Assembly (NCBI GenBank): GCA_021798355.1
Contig: JAJZMG010000040.1
Span: forward strand, 1 to 55,748
Reading direction: 5' to 3'
DNA: 55,748 nucleotides
Source: Nanobdellota archaeon
GTDB taxonomy: Archaea; Nanobdellota; Nanobdellia; Parvarchaeales; Parvarchaeaceae
The notes under the pieces: model-generated
The model's database searches: none
The model's input: only the letters and a program-made list of their open reading frames with translations
What the model was told of the DNA's origin: nothing
Shown here: positions 37,674 to 47,500 of the stretch, piece after piece
Position numbering within the stretch: the first letter of the stretch is position 1
Layout: every line of letters starts with the position of its first letter
Program-made: the position numbers and the translations under genes

Positions 37674-38234
37674 TCATGCCTCAAGTTTTTCAATTATCTT
37701 TTTTGCTATTTTTTCTTCTAATGACTGTATTGTCTTGTTTAATGATAGGTTTATGGAAAATCTTCCGTCAGTAGATTCAGCATAAACTCCAAACATGTTC
37801 TTTTTGGAGAGCTTTGCATTTTTTTCCTTTTTCCCAAAAACCTGCAAATCGTCCTTATTCATAAAGAGCACAGCATTCTCCCCTATTCTTTTTTTGGCCT
37901 CTTTTATTAATATTACCATCAACTTTTGGTATTCAGGAGTTTTGCTAAATTCCTTTTCCGAAGAATAAAGGTTGTTCATGCTATCTTTAAAAGCGTCACT
38001 TACAGCCTTTTTTATTATTTGGTCCCTTTCAACATGTATCTTGGCATTTTCAATGGTTCTCTTTTCTTCTACGATAATTTCCTTTTTGGATTGTGCCTCC
38101 TTTAGAATTTCAGCAACCTTTTTATCTGCTTCTTTAGTATATTCATTTGCCTTAAGTTGCGCTTCTATGACTATCTTTTTTATCTTTGTGTCCGTCTCCT
38201 TCTCTATGTGTTCAGCTATTTTCTCGAGACTCAT
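37674..38234 (-). CDS. atpE: A/V-type ATP synthase subunit E
   Basis: 186 aa. N-terminal long helix (IEKETDTKIKKIVIEAQLKANEY...) plus a globular C-terminus. Operon position supports the call. Confidence 0.85.
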   Translation of the reverse strand: MSLEKIAEHIEKETDTKIKKIVIEAQLKANEYTKEADKKVAEILKEAQSKKEIIVEEKRTIENAKIHVERDQIIKKAVSDAFKDSMNNLYSSEKEFSKTPEYQKLMVILIKEAKKRIGENAVLFMNKDDLQVFGKKEKNAKLSKKNMFGVYAESTDGRFSINLSLNKTIQSLEEKIAKKIIEKLEA

Positions 38235-38250
38235 ATTATATACTAATGCC

Positions 38251-38484
38251 TCACAGTATTTGTAATAGCAATATCAATCCAAGTACAAAGCCTATTATCC
38301 ACAGTGTTTCAGGGATTACAAAGAAGAACAGTACCTGTCCGAATTTCTCAGGTTTTTCGGCAATGATTCCCATTCCTGCGGCACCTATTCCTTGCTGTGC
38401 CATTCCAGTACCTATTAAACCACCTGCTATCGCTATGGCTGCGGCTATTGCATATAGAGCGCCTGCATCTGTTGTAATTACCAT
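38251..38484 (-). CDS. atpK: A/V-type ATP synthase proteolipid subunit K (c subunit, single hairpin)
   Basis: 77 aa, two TM helices. Gly/Ala-rich helix 1 and an ion-binding Glu in helix 2 (VIPETLWIIG). Confidence 0.85.
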   Translation of the reverse strand: MVITTDAGALYAIAAAIAIAGGLIGTGMAQQGIGAAGMGIIAEKPEKFGQVLFFFVIPETLWIIGFVLGLILLLQIL

Positions 38485-38618
38485 ATTCTCTTACGTTTTT
38501 TTCTATTTTTAAGCTTTACTATTCTAAATTATATTAAAATAAATTTTTTCTTTAAATTAAAAAAAGAAAGCTTTAAAAAGGGCAATAAAGCGAAAGCTAT
38601 TTATACTAGTTCATTCAT

Positions 38619-39125
38619 ATGGTTTATCGTAAACATATGGAAATAAACTCAATACCTGACGACGTAATAGACTGCCTATTTGATGCGATAGAAAAAGATA
38701 ATAAACTTTATGTTATTTTGAAAGATGACAGTAAAGACAACGAAGAAAAGATAGAAAAAGTGTTTGGAAAAGACGTTGAATTCTTAGATATGATGAAGAT
38801 AATGCAAAGAAAGATGTTTTCAGAACTGATGGATGCGATAAGCGTCTTTGATAATGAGCCTTTTTTAAACAAATTAGGTTTTAATGAGATAACTGAGATA
38901 TTCTATGATCTTACAAAGCTGGAACAAAGCAGAAAAATGTTGTTTAATTATGCTCTTCTCGGTAGAAGAGGGAAAGAGGGCCTGTTACAGACATTAGGAG
39001 GAGGAAGGCTAACCAAAAGCGCAATATTTGTACCCTCTGCAAATGAGAAGGATGCAGAGAATTTTATAAAAAAATGGAATGTTGAATACCTGAAAAAAAG
39101 AGTATTCATCTTAGGAGGTCAATAA
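38619..39125 (+). CDS. Hypothetical protein, 168 aa, tightly linked to cdc48
   Basis: Its stop is 1 nt before the cdc48 ATG. The cdc48 SD (AGGAGG, 39111-39116) lies inside its 3' end. The C-terminal segment LLGRRGKEGLLQTLGGGRLTKSAIFVPS weakly resembles Cas2/PaaX_C-type ferredoxin-fold strands. Confidence 0.5.
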   Translation: MVYRKHMEINSIPDDVIDCLFDAIEKDNKLYVILKDDSKDNEEKIEKVFGKDVEFLDMMKIMQRKMFSELMDAISVFDNEPFLNKLGFNEITEIFYDLTKLEQSRKMLFNYALLGRRGKEGLLQTLGGGRLTKSAIFVPSANEKDAENFIKKWNVEYLKKRVFILGGQ

Positions 39126-39126
39126 C

Positions 39127-41412
39127 ATGGAAGATAACGGCAAAATAGAAATAAGTTTGAAGGTTGCAGAAGCGCAGCAGGATGATATAGGGCAAAATTC
39201 TGTAAGGATAGGAACGGCTTGGATGAAACAGATTGGTGTCAGGCCAGGAGAGTTCGTCGAGATAGAAGGAAATAGAAAGACAGTTGCAAAAGTTGACAGA
39301 GCGCATCCAGGCGATTTAGGTTTGAATATTGTTAGAATGGATGGTACTACAAGAAAAAATGCAAAAGCAGCTATAGGCGAAAATGTGATAGTTAGAAAAG
39401 CAGAAGTTTACGAAGCCGATGTTGTCAACCTTTCTCCTTTGTCTACAATTTCAATACGTGGCGCGGAAAACGTAATAGGGAGACTGCTCCTGGATAGGGC
39501 AGTTTCAAAAGGAGATATAATAACGCTCGGCAGCGGGGGCAGAGGTTCATTTGCGTCTTTCTTTGGAGATGATATAATGAGTATATTTGAGAATAGCGCA
39601 TTCCCATCTTTTCAGTTCGGTTTTTCGGAGCTTCGTTTTCTGGTTACGTCTACAGCGCCAAAAGGCTTTGTAGTAATAACAGAAAACACGGACATAAATA
39701 TATCCCCAGAACCGGTCAAGCTTTCCGAAGAATCGAGAGTTAAACATGTAAGCTACGAAGATGTTGGCGGTTTATCTGATGAGGTTTCAAAGATAAGGGA
39801 AATGGTTGAAATGCCTTTAAAGCATCCTGAGATATTTATGAGATTAGGGATAACCCCTCCAAGGGGAGTTTTGCTTTACGGCCCACCAGGTACAGGTAAA
39901 ACTTTGCTTGCAAGAGCCGTTGCAGACGAGAGTGAAGCGCATTTTATAACTATAAACGGCCCAGAAGTAATGAGCAAGTGGGTTGGGGATGCAGAAAAGA
40001 AATTAAGGGAGATATTCGACGAGGCAGAAAAGAACGCCCCTTCTATTATATTCATAGATGAGATAGACGCAATAGCAACGAAGAGAGAAGAGAGCATCGG
40101 GGAAGTTGAGCATAGAGTGGTTTCTCAGCTTCTTACCTTAATGGATGGTTTAAAGAGCAGGGGAAAAGTAATTGTAATAGCCGCTACAAACAGGCCAAAT
40201 GCAATAGATCCGGCATTGCGCAGGCCAGGCAGGTTTGACAGAGAAATAATGTTCGGCGTTCCAAATGAAAAGGGAAGGCTGGAAATATTGAATATACACA
40301 CTCGAAACATGCCTTTGGACAAAAATGTTGAATTGGGGTATATATCAAAGATAACGCATGGTTTTGTCGGCGCAGACATAGAGTCTCTGATAAAAGAAGC
40401 GGCGATGAACGTAATAAGAAGAAACATAAATGAGTTAAATGTCAAGGAAGGTGATAATATACCAAAAACAGTTCTTGAAAAGCTTATAGTAACAATGGAT
40501 GATTTTAGGGAAGCATTAAGATTCGTAAGACCAAGTGCAATGCGCGAAGTTTTGGTTGAAAGGCCAAGCGTTGGATGGGCAGACGTTGGAGGCTTAGAGC
40601 AGGTAAAGGCACAGCTTAAAGAAGCAATAGATTGGCCTTTAAAACATCCTGATGCGTTTAGAAAGATAGGGATAACCCCTCCAAAAGGAATACTGCTTTA
40701 CGGCCCGCCAGGTACAGGTAAAACTTTGCTTGCAAGAGCCGTTGCGCACGAAACAGAATCAAATTTCATTGCAATAAAAGGGCCAGAGATATATAACAAA
40801 TACGTCGGTGAAAGCGAAAAAAGAGTAAGAGAAATATTTGATAAGGCAAGGCAAGTCTCTCCATCTATAATCTTTATAGATGAGCTTGATAGCATAGCCT
40901 CTTCTAGGTCTAATTATGAAGGAAATAACGCAACTGAACAAGTCGTTAATCAATTGCTTACAGAATTGGACGGGATAGAACCTCTTAAGAACGTAATCGT
41001 AATTGGAGCCACAAATAGAGTTGATAAGGTGGATTCCGCAATATTAAGAACGGGCAGGTTTGATAACATAGTATTTGTTCCTCCGCCTGATGAGGAGGGG
41101 AGAAAAGAGATACTTAAGGTGTATTTGGATAAAATGCCAATAGATGGTGACAAGGAGGCTCTTGTAGAGTATCTTGTCAAAAAAACTGAAGGGTATGTTG
41201 GATCGGACTTGGAAAGACTTTCTAAGGAAGCAGGCATGAATGCGCTTAGAAACAATATTTCTGCAAGCAAAGTCACAAAAGAAGATTTTGAAAAAGCATT
41301 GGAGTTAGTAAGGCCAAGCTTAACTGCGGAAGATGCAAAGAAATACGAAGAGATGGCAAAGAAACTTTACAGTAAAAAGGAAAAGGCAAAGGAGCTTAAT
41401 TATTTCGGTTGA
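39127..41412 (+). CDS. cdc48: Cdc48/VAT-type double-ring AAA+ ATPase
   Basis: 761 aa. N-domain (double-psi barrel), then two AAA modules each with [15 protein letters not shown] and IIFIDE(I/L)D, and SRH regions. Confidence 0.95.
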   Translation: MEDNGKIEISLKVAEAQQDDIGQNSVRIGTAWMKQIGVRPGEFVEIEGNRKTVAKVDRAHPGDLGLNIVRMDGTTRKNAKAAIGENVIVRKAEVYEADVVNLSPLSTISIRGAENVIGRLLLDRAVSKGDIITLGSGGRGSFASFFGDDIMSIFENSAFPSFQFGFSELRFLVTSTAPKGFVVITENTDINISPEPVKLSEESRVKHVSYEDVGGLSDEVSKIREMVEMPLKHPEIFMRLGITPPRGVLLYGPPGTGKTLLARAVADESEAHFITINGPEVMSKWVGDAEKKLREIFDEAEKNAPSIIFIDEIDAIATKREESIGEVEHRVVSQLLTLMDGLKSRGKVIVIAATNRPNAIDPALRRPGRFDREIMFGVPNEKGRLEILNIHTRNMPLDKNVELGYISKITHGFVGADIESLIKEAAMNVIRRNINELNVKEGDNIPKTVLEKLIVTMDDFREALRFVRPSAMREVLVERPSVGWADVGGLEQVKAQLKEAIDWPLKHPDAFRKIGITPPKGILLYGPPGTGKTLLARAVAHETESNFIAIKGPEIYNKYVGESEKRVREIFDKARQVSPSIIFIDELDSIASSRSNYEGNNATEQVVNQLLTELDGIEPLKNVIVIGATNRVDKVDSAILRTGRFDNIVFVPPPDEEGRKEILKVYLDKMPIDGDKEALVEYLVKKTEGYVGSDLERLSKEAGMNALRNNISASKVTKEDFEKALELVRPSLTAEDAKKYEEMAKKLYSKKEKAKELNYFG

Positions 41413-41413
41413 G

Positions 41414-42079
41414 ATGGATCACGAAGAAATATACAAACTTATCCTGAATGATGAACTTGGCTGGGAGCACCTTATAACTACCATAATAAGGGACGAAGGC
41501 ATGGATCCCATGGATATAGACCTTATAAAGATTGCAGATAGGTTTGCTTCTTTAATCTCCAAAATAAATCAAATAGACTTTAGGTTTGGGGGCAAATTTG
41601 TATATACTGCTGCAATACTCCTGAAAATGAAATCAGACACCGTTGTAGGCGAGATACTAGAACTAAATGTTAAAAAAGAACGTGGGAGCCAACAAAGATA
41701 CATTAAGGCCGTGCCGTTTGATATCGCAGTAACTTCCAAGCTTCCGATTTTTAGAAGCAGGAAAATAACCCTAACCGAATTAATAAATACTATAAGGGAA
41801 GCGATGCGTTATAATACAAAACAGAATATAAGTTTCGAATTGAAGCTCAAGGAAGTAAAAATAGAGGACAGGATAAGAACTCTTCTCGGGAAGTTGGCGA
41901 AGCTTTTTGATGCCAAGGAATTAGTTCTTTTTTCAGAGCTTATTGTCAAAAAGAATGACAGAAAAGAGATAATTTACACTTTGCTTCCACTTTTGTTTAT
42001 TTCAAATATGAATAAAGTAGAGATCTCACAAAGCGAACCGTTTGAGGAGATATACATAAAGAGTAAGGTGGGCAGCTGA
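41414..42079 (+). CDS. scpA: Segregation and condensation protein A (kleisin)
   Basis: 221 aa from the ATG at 41414, which is 1 nt (2-nt step) after the cdc48 stop. N-terminal ...MDPMDIDLIKIADRF... kleisin motif. scpB follows. Confidence 0.8.
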   Translation: MDHEEIYKLILNDELGWEHLITTIIRDEGMDPMDIDLIKIADRFASLISKINQIDFRFGGKFVYTAAILLKMKSDTVVGEILELNVKKERGSQQRYIKAVPFDIAVTSKLPIFRSRKITLTELINTIREAMRYNTKQNISFELKLKEVKIEDRIRTLLGKLAKLFDAKELVLFSELIVKKNDRKEIIYTLLPLLFISNMNKVEISQSEPFEEIYIKSKVGS

Positions 42080-42136
42080 AATTTATTTGTCTGCTAACTT
42101 TAAAATCAATAAATGTAAATATTAACATATGTTAAC

Positions 42137-42670
42137 ATGGTAAAGATAAATGAATATGTCGAGGCGCTTGTTTTCTCCTTTGGGGATGGGATAAGCCTTG
42201 AAGAGATTGTAAAAAGGACTAAATCCGATCCGATAATAATCAAAAAAGCAGTTAATGATTTAAACAAGTCATATGAAGCTAGAAAAAGTGCTTTTTTCAT
42301 ACTAACTGAAGGAAATCTTTATAGGATGAGGCTAAGGGGGGAGCTTATTCATCTTGTACAGGATAGCTTAAGAACAGATATGAGCAGAGGGGTTCTAATG
42401 ACTCTAAGCCTAATAGTCCTAAATGGAAAAATACTTCAAAGCGAACTTGTTAAAAAGAGAGGTAGCGTTTCTTATCAGCACGTTAAGGAGCTGCAGTCTA
42501 GAGGTTTAGTGTCTTCAACTATAGAGGAGGGCAAAAAAGTAATCAGAATTACGCCATTATTCTATGACTATTTTGATGTTGATAAGAAAGAGTTTAAAGA
42601 AATAAAGGAAACGGTTCAAGAGGAAATAAAGAAAGAGGATAATAAAACCGTAGAGTACAAAGGAAATTAG
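42137..42670 (+). CDS. scpB: Segregation and condensation protein B
   Basis: 177 aa. N-terminal EALVFSFGDGISLEEI winged helix plus a second wH (SRGVLMTLSLIVLNG). Position is after scpA. Confidence 0.8.
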   Translation: MVKINEYVEALVFSFGDGISLEEIVKRTKSDPIIIKKAVNDLNKSYEARKSAFFILTEGNLYRMRLRGELIHLVQDSLRTDMSRGVLMTLSLIVLNGKILQSELVKKRGSVSYQHVKELQSRGLVSSTIEEGKKVIRITPLFYDYFDVDKKEFKEIKETVQEEIKKEDNKTVEYKGN

Positions 42671-43209
42671 AATACTACCACTTTGCGGTTTATATTGATC
42701 TGGGGTTTTTCCTCTTTAATGGTGTTTTCTGGCTTTTTAGGTTCTTCAAAAACCTTTTTTTCAGGTTTAGGCGTTTCTGCTTCCTTCACCTTTTCTATTG
42801 CAGATTTTATTGCAGTTTCTATCGCTGTAAAGTCGTTCTCTTCCATTTTCTGTGGCTGCCAAACATGATTTACAGTGTCATCGCTGTATCTGGGGATAAG
42901 GTGTATTAAAGCGTGTGGAGTTACGTTGCCTTTTGTAAGCTCCTTTGTGTAAAGCATCTCAACATTATCAGGAGCCAGAGACAGAAGTATTGCATAACCT
43001 ACTGCTCTTGCAATGCTGATATATTGTAGAAACTCTTCCTGTGGCATTTCGTAGATGTTATTATAATGTTTTTTTGGTATCATTATCACATGGCCTTTGG
43101 AAGCAGGGCTAATATCCAGAACGCCCATTACCATCCCGTCATTATAAACCTCCTTTGAAGGCACCTTTTTGTTAGCTATCATGCAAAAAATACATTTTTC
43201 CTCTTCCAT
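42667..43209 (-). CDS. HIT-family protein with a degenerate histidine triad and a Lys/Glu/Pro-rich C-terminal tail
   Basis: CIFCMI, ISPASKGHVIMIPKKH, then PHALIHLIPRY where HxHxH is expected. Confidence 0.8.
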   Translation of the reverse strand: MEEEKCIFCMIANKKVPSKEVYNDGMVMGVLDISPASKGHVIMIPKKHYNNIYEMPQEEFLQYISIARAVGYAILLSLAPDNVEMLYTKELTKGNVTPHALIHLIPRYSDDTVNHVWQPQKMEENDFTAIETAIKSAIEKVKEAETPKPEKKVFEEPKKPENTIKEEKPQININRKVVVF

Positions 43210-43301
43210 AACTTTATTACGCTTTTAAAGTATTTATTGTTAAGTAAACTTTTTGTTTCGATTTAAAAAAAGCTTTTAAATAACAAAAACTTAAACCTAT
43301 A

Positions 43302-43562
43302 ATGAAAGCAAAAAGCAACTTAAGGTTTGTTGACGAGGAGAAAAGGGCAGTCGACGCAGCAATCGGCCTTATTCTATTTGGATTAGGAATAGTCCTTATA
43401 GTGTTTGGTCTGGTTTCTATACTTTCGACAGCAGTTCTTAGTGGATATTTCTACAAGACTGTTACAACTCCTCCATCGTCTTACGTATACCCTCTGTTTG
43501 AGTTAATAATAGGAATAGTCGTTTTTTCCTTCTCAATGTGGGTATTTAGGGCAAAAATATAA
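43302..43562 (+). CDS. Small two-TM membrane protein (hypothetical)
   Basis: 86 aa with two clear hydrophobic helices. Confidence 0.4.
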   Translation: MKAKSNLRFVDEEKRAVDAAIGLILFGLGIVLIVFGLVSILSTAVLSGYFYKTVTTPPSSYVYPLFELIIGIVVFSFSMWVFRAKI

Positions 43563-43660
43563 AGATTACTTTATTTTTTATTTTTTTACTTTTATTTTCG
43601 GTGAAAAAGAAAGATTTATATACTTCTTTCTTACTAATTAGTATGTAGGTGATAAAAATT

Positions 43661-44458
43661 ATGGCATTGTCGTTTAGTGAAGATTATATAGCAAAAATAA
43701 GAAGGATGTTCGGTTTAAACCTATACGAAGCAAAGATTTGGCTGGCTTTACTTTCTCAAGGCAAATCCACTTCAGGTAAATTAAGTGAAATAGCTAATAT
43801 CCCAAAATCAAGGGCTTATGATATACTCGTTTCATTGGAAAATGGCGGTTTTATAGTCAGAGATTTAAGCAAACCAATAAGTTATAGAGCTATACCTCCC
43901 CAGGAGCTGATAGAGAAACTTGAGGAAAAGGCCAAGGAATCTTTAGATCAAAAACTGGATAAACTAAGCAAGCTAAAAGATAGTGCAATGTTGACAGACC
44001 TTCAAAACTTGTATAATAAGGGAATAAAATACGTAGATGAAGGTAAGGTTGCTAATTCATATCAAGGGTTAGATAACATCTATTTTAGGATAAAGAAAAG
44101 CGTAGCATCCGCGAAAGGAGAAATAGTCTTGATTACCACTGAGCAGTCGTTGGAAAAGAAAATAAGTGCTTTAGGCAGAGCGCTTAAGAAGGCGAAAGCC
44201 AACAATGTGACCATACATGTGTACACTCCAGCAAAGGACATTAATGAAGCTTTGGTTAATGAAATAAAACAGTTCGGTAAGCTAAATAAAACCGATATTG
44301 ATATAGGTAGGTTCGTAATAGTTGATGGCAACGAGATATTCATATTCACTGAAAATGAAAACGAAACACATCCAAGCAATGAGGTAGTTTTGCATATAAA
44401 GGGGAAATACTTGCCTGAAAAAATCAAAAAACTGGTATCATCCCACACCGTTGATTAA
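43661..44458 (+). CDS. TrmB-family transcriptional regulator
   Basis: N-terminal wHTH LYEAKIWLALLSQGKSTSGKLSEIANIPKSRAYDILVSLENGGFI plus a coiled coil and C-terminal domain. The ATG is at 43661. Confidence 0.8.
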   Translation: MALSFSEDYIAKIRRMFGLNLYEAKIWLALLSQGKSTSGKLSEIANIPKSRAYDILVSLENGGFIVRDLSKPISYRAIPPQELIEKLEEKAKESLDQKLDKLSKLKDSAMLTDLQNLYNKGIKYVDEGKVANSYQGLDNIYFRIKKSVASAKGEIVLITTEQSLEKKISALGRALKKAKANNVTIHVYTPAKDINEALVNEIKQFGKLNKTDIDIGRFVIVDGNEIFIFTENENETHPSNEVVLHIKGKYLPEKIKKLVSSHTVD

Positions 44459-44510
44459 TGGCTTAAAATAGTTAGCATTTAATATTAAAAAATTTTTTAG
44501 ATAGTTGACT

Positions 44511-47500
44511 ATGACTTATATAAAACAAGTAGAACTAGACAATTTTAAATCATTTGCTGGACACATTAAGTTCGATTTTGTAAATGGTTTTAATGCAATA
44601 GCAGGGGCAAATGGTTCAGGTAAAAGTAACATAATCGATGCACTTCTTTTTGTTTTTGGAGGATCGTCAAAGAAAGAGATGCGGTCCGATTTACTTACAG
44701 ATCTTATATTTAACGGAGGTAAAAGCGGCAGGCAGTCCGAGCATGCAAAAGTTAATGTTATACTAGATAATTCAAATAAAGAGTTCCATGGTATCGAAGA
44801 AAGTGAAGTTTCTATAAGCAGAAAAATAGACAAAAACGGAAAGAGCATTTACAGAATAAACGGAAAGGCATCCACGCGAGAAGAGGTTCTAAATATTTTA
44901 GCGCTAGTAAAGTTCAGGCAGGATGGATTTAACATAATACCACAGGGAAGGATATTAGAAGTAGTCGGCACTTCCAATGAGGATAGGCTAAGTCTAATAA
45001 ATGACATATCTGGCATAAGCGTGTTTGAAGATAAAAAAAGCAAGGCTATGAACGAGATGAAGAAAGTAGAAGAAAACATCTCTAAAATCGATACAGTACT
45101 AAATGAAAAGCGAAAACTAATGGCCCAGCTAGAAAAAGAAAAGACAAGAGCTGTAGAATTCCAGGAGCTAAAAAGTAGATACGCTTCCCTTCTTTCAAAG
45201 CAGTCAATGATAAAAAGAGACTCAGCGTATTCAGAATTACAATTTATATTGGAAAAGCTAAAAGAGGTAGAGAAAGGAAACGAGGAGCTCTCATCGGAAA
45301 TAGTAAAATTAAATGAAAAAGTCAAAAAGATAAATGAAGAAGTAAACATTATAAACACTAAAGCAGAATCAGAAGGGGAGAAAGAGATACTTGAAGCTGA
45401 AAACAAAGCAAAAGAATTCGACTCCGAGCTCGCAAGGTTAAATGCAGTGCTTAAAAACGATAATGAACAGCTAAATAATATCATTCTGTCAATAGAAGAG
45501 CTATCAAAATCCCAGGAAGAGATTAGGCGGCAGATTAAAGAGGAGGAAGCAGAAAAGGACAAGCTGGAAGAAAAAATCGCTTCCTTAAATTCTAAAAAGC
45601 TTTCTCTTATAGAAAGCGAATCAAAAACGCAGAATTACCTCAAAACGAAGGAAGCGCTTGAAAAAAGGATATATGACATAGACAAGAAAATATACGAACA
45701 GAAGGTCGTTCTGGCAAATTATCCTAAAATTGCGGAGATTCAAGATGAACTTACAAAGCTAGAATCCAGTAAAAATGAAACAGAACGGACGGTAAAAGAA
45801 ATGACATTATCCTTCTCTGCATTGAAACCCGAAATAGACAAGCTAAAAATGCAGGCAAAGAGAGAATCAGAGTCCGTATACTTATTAAGGGAGAACCTGC
45901 TTAACCAAAGGAATGTTTTATCCTCACAGAATAGAGCAATAGAAGTAGTTAATAAGCTCAGGAAGGAGATAACTGGTTTGTATGGCCTTGTCTCAGAGCT
46001 TTTCTCCTTAAAAAATGAAGAGTATTCTACACCTGTTTTGAGGTCTATAGGCAGGAGGGTTGATTTCATAGTTGTAGAAAACGAAGAAATTGCGAGGCAA
46101 TGCATAGAGAAGCTTAAAAAGGAAAAACTTGGTTTTTACACCTTCATACCGCTTAATGTTGTAAAAAGTAGTTATAATCTTGAGAAGATAAATGATGAAA
46201 GAATAATTGATTACATAATAAATTTAGTGAATTTTGATAGTAAATTTGCACGGGCAATGAATTTTGTATTTGGGGACACCGTACTTGTCAAAAATTTTGC
46301 CTCCGCAAAAGAAATTATAAATAAATATAGGATGGTTTTGCCTGATGGAACGGTATTTGAAAAAACAGGGACGGTTTCAGGCGGCCATTTTGACATGCCT
46401 AATATACTAAACATAAATAAAAAGATTACCGAAATAAATTACGAGGTAACTGAACACTCAAAGATGAAGGAGAAATATGATGAGGAGATCATAGAGAAAG
46501 AGTCAACCCTGAATTCATTAATGACTGAGATAAAGGTCAGGCAGCAGGCATTAAATGAAATAAACGACAAAATTTCTAAGCTTTTGCATGAAAAGTCTAA
46601 ATTTACTGGCACAGAATCAGAAATATCTAATAGAGTAAGGGACCTTGAAAATGAAAATTTAGGTCTAAAGTCAAAATTAGGGGAGTTAGAAAAGAATAAA
46701 CCAGATATAATAGACCATAAAAAAGAGATAGAAACTCTTGAAAGAGAAGTGAATGATCTTCATGTAAAAGTTGCAACTTCTGGCAATAAACTCTCTGCCG
46801 TTTTAATGTCGGAGACTAGCAACTTGGAAAAGAGGTTTTCACAGCTTAGTAAGGAACGCAGTAAATTTGAAAAAGAAATAGAAGACGTTGAAAATTTAAT
46901 AAAGAACACTCAGGAAAATTATGAACAGGCAAGAAAGGAACTTTCAAGTAAGTCAAACAGTCTAAACATGCTAAGAAAGAGAAGAACTGAACTTTTAAGT
47001 GAGCTTAACGATATCCAGAAAAAAAGGGAAGAAACATACGGTAATTCTCAGAAAGTTGCAGAAGAATTAAACACTTTAAAGGTAAAAGAAGCAGGGTTAA
47101 GAGTCAAATTCGAAACGGCAGAAGAAGAATACAATAAGTACAAAATAGAAGGTATAAAACCAGAAGATGGAGAAACAATTGAAAAGATAAGCAAAGAGCT
47201 AAACTCCCTTAATTCAAAGATAAACTCGTTTGGACCTATAAATGAACTCGCCCTTAAGACGTTTATAGAGACGCAGAAGCAGTACGAAGAGTTTAATATT
47301 AAATTGGAAAAACTAAATGATGAAAAAAGTAGGATACTTTCAGTTATAACCGAAATAGAGCAGAAGAAATTGGAGTCTTTTATGAAGACTCTTTCGGATA
47401 TAAATTCTATATTCACGAAGGTCTTTAATTCTATTACAAAAGGAAAAGCGGAGCTAGTTCCAGACGATCCAAGTAACGTTTTCTCATCCGGCTTAGATAT

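Noticed and set aside
39111-39125. C-terminal ...ILGGQ of the protein upstream of cdc48, reminiscent of Pup (GGQ) or SAMP/ubiquitin-like diglycine tails next to an unfoldase gene
   Set aside because: The protein is 168 aa with no beta-grasp-like or Pup-like features that I can see. The GG codons coincide with the AGGAGG Shine-Dalgarno of cdc48, which explains their presence. No E1/PafA/Dop-like gene is nearby.
44849-45562. Long antisense ORFs inside smc, with similar ones inside proS (21573-22115), atpA (35861-36328), cdc48 (40950-41276), leuS, atpI and topVI genes
   Set aside because: These are shadow ORFs on the strand opposite Lys/Glu-rich genes. Their translations are monotonous Ser/Phe/Leu-rich strings without motifs. 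The sense-strand genes have unambiguous family signatures.
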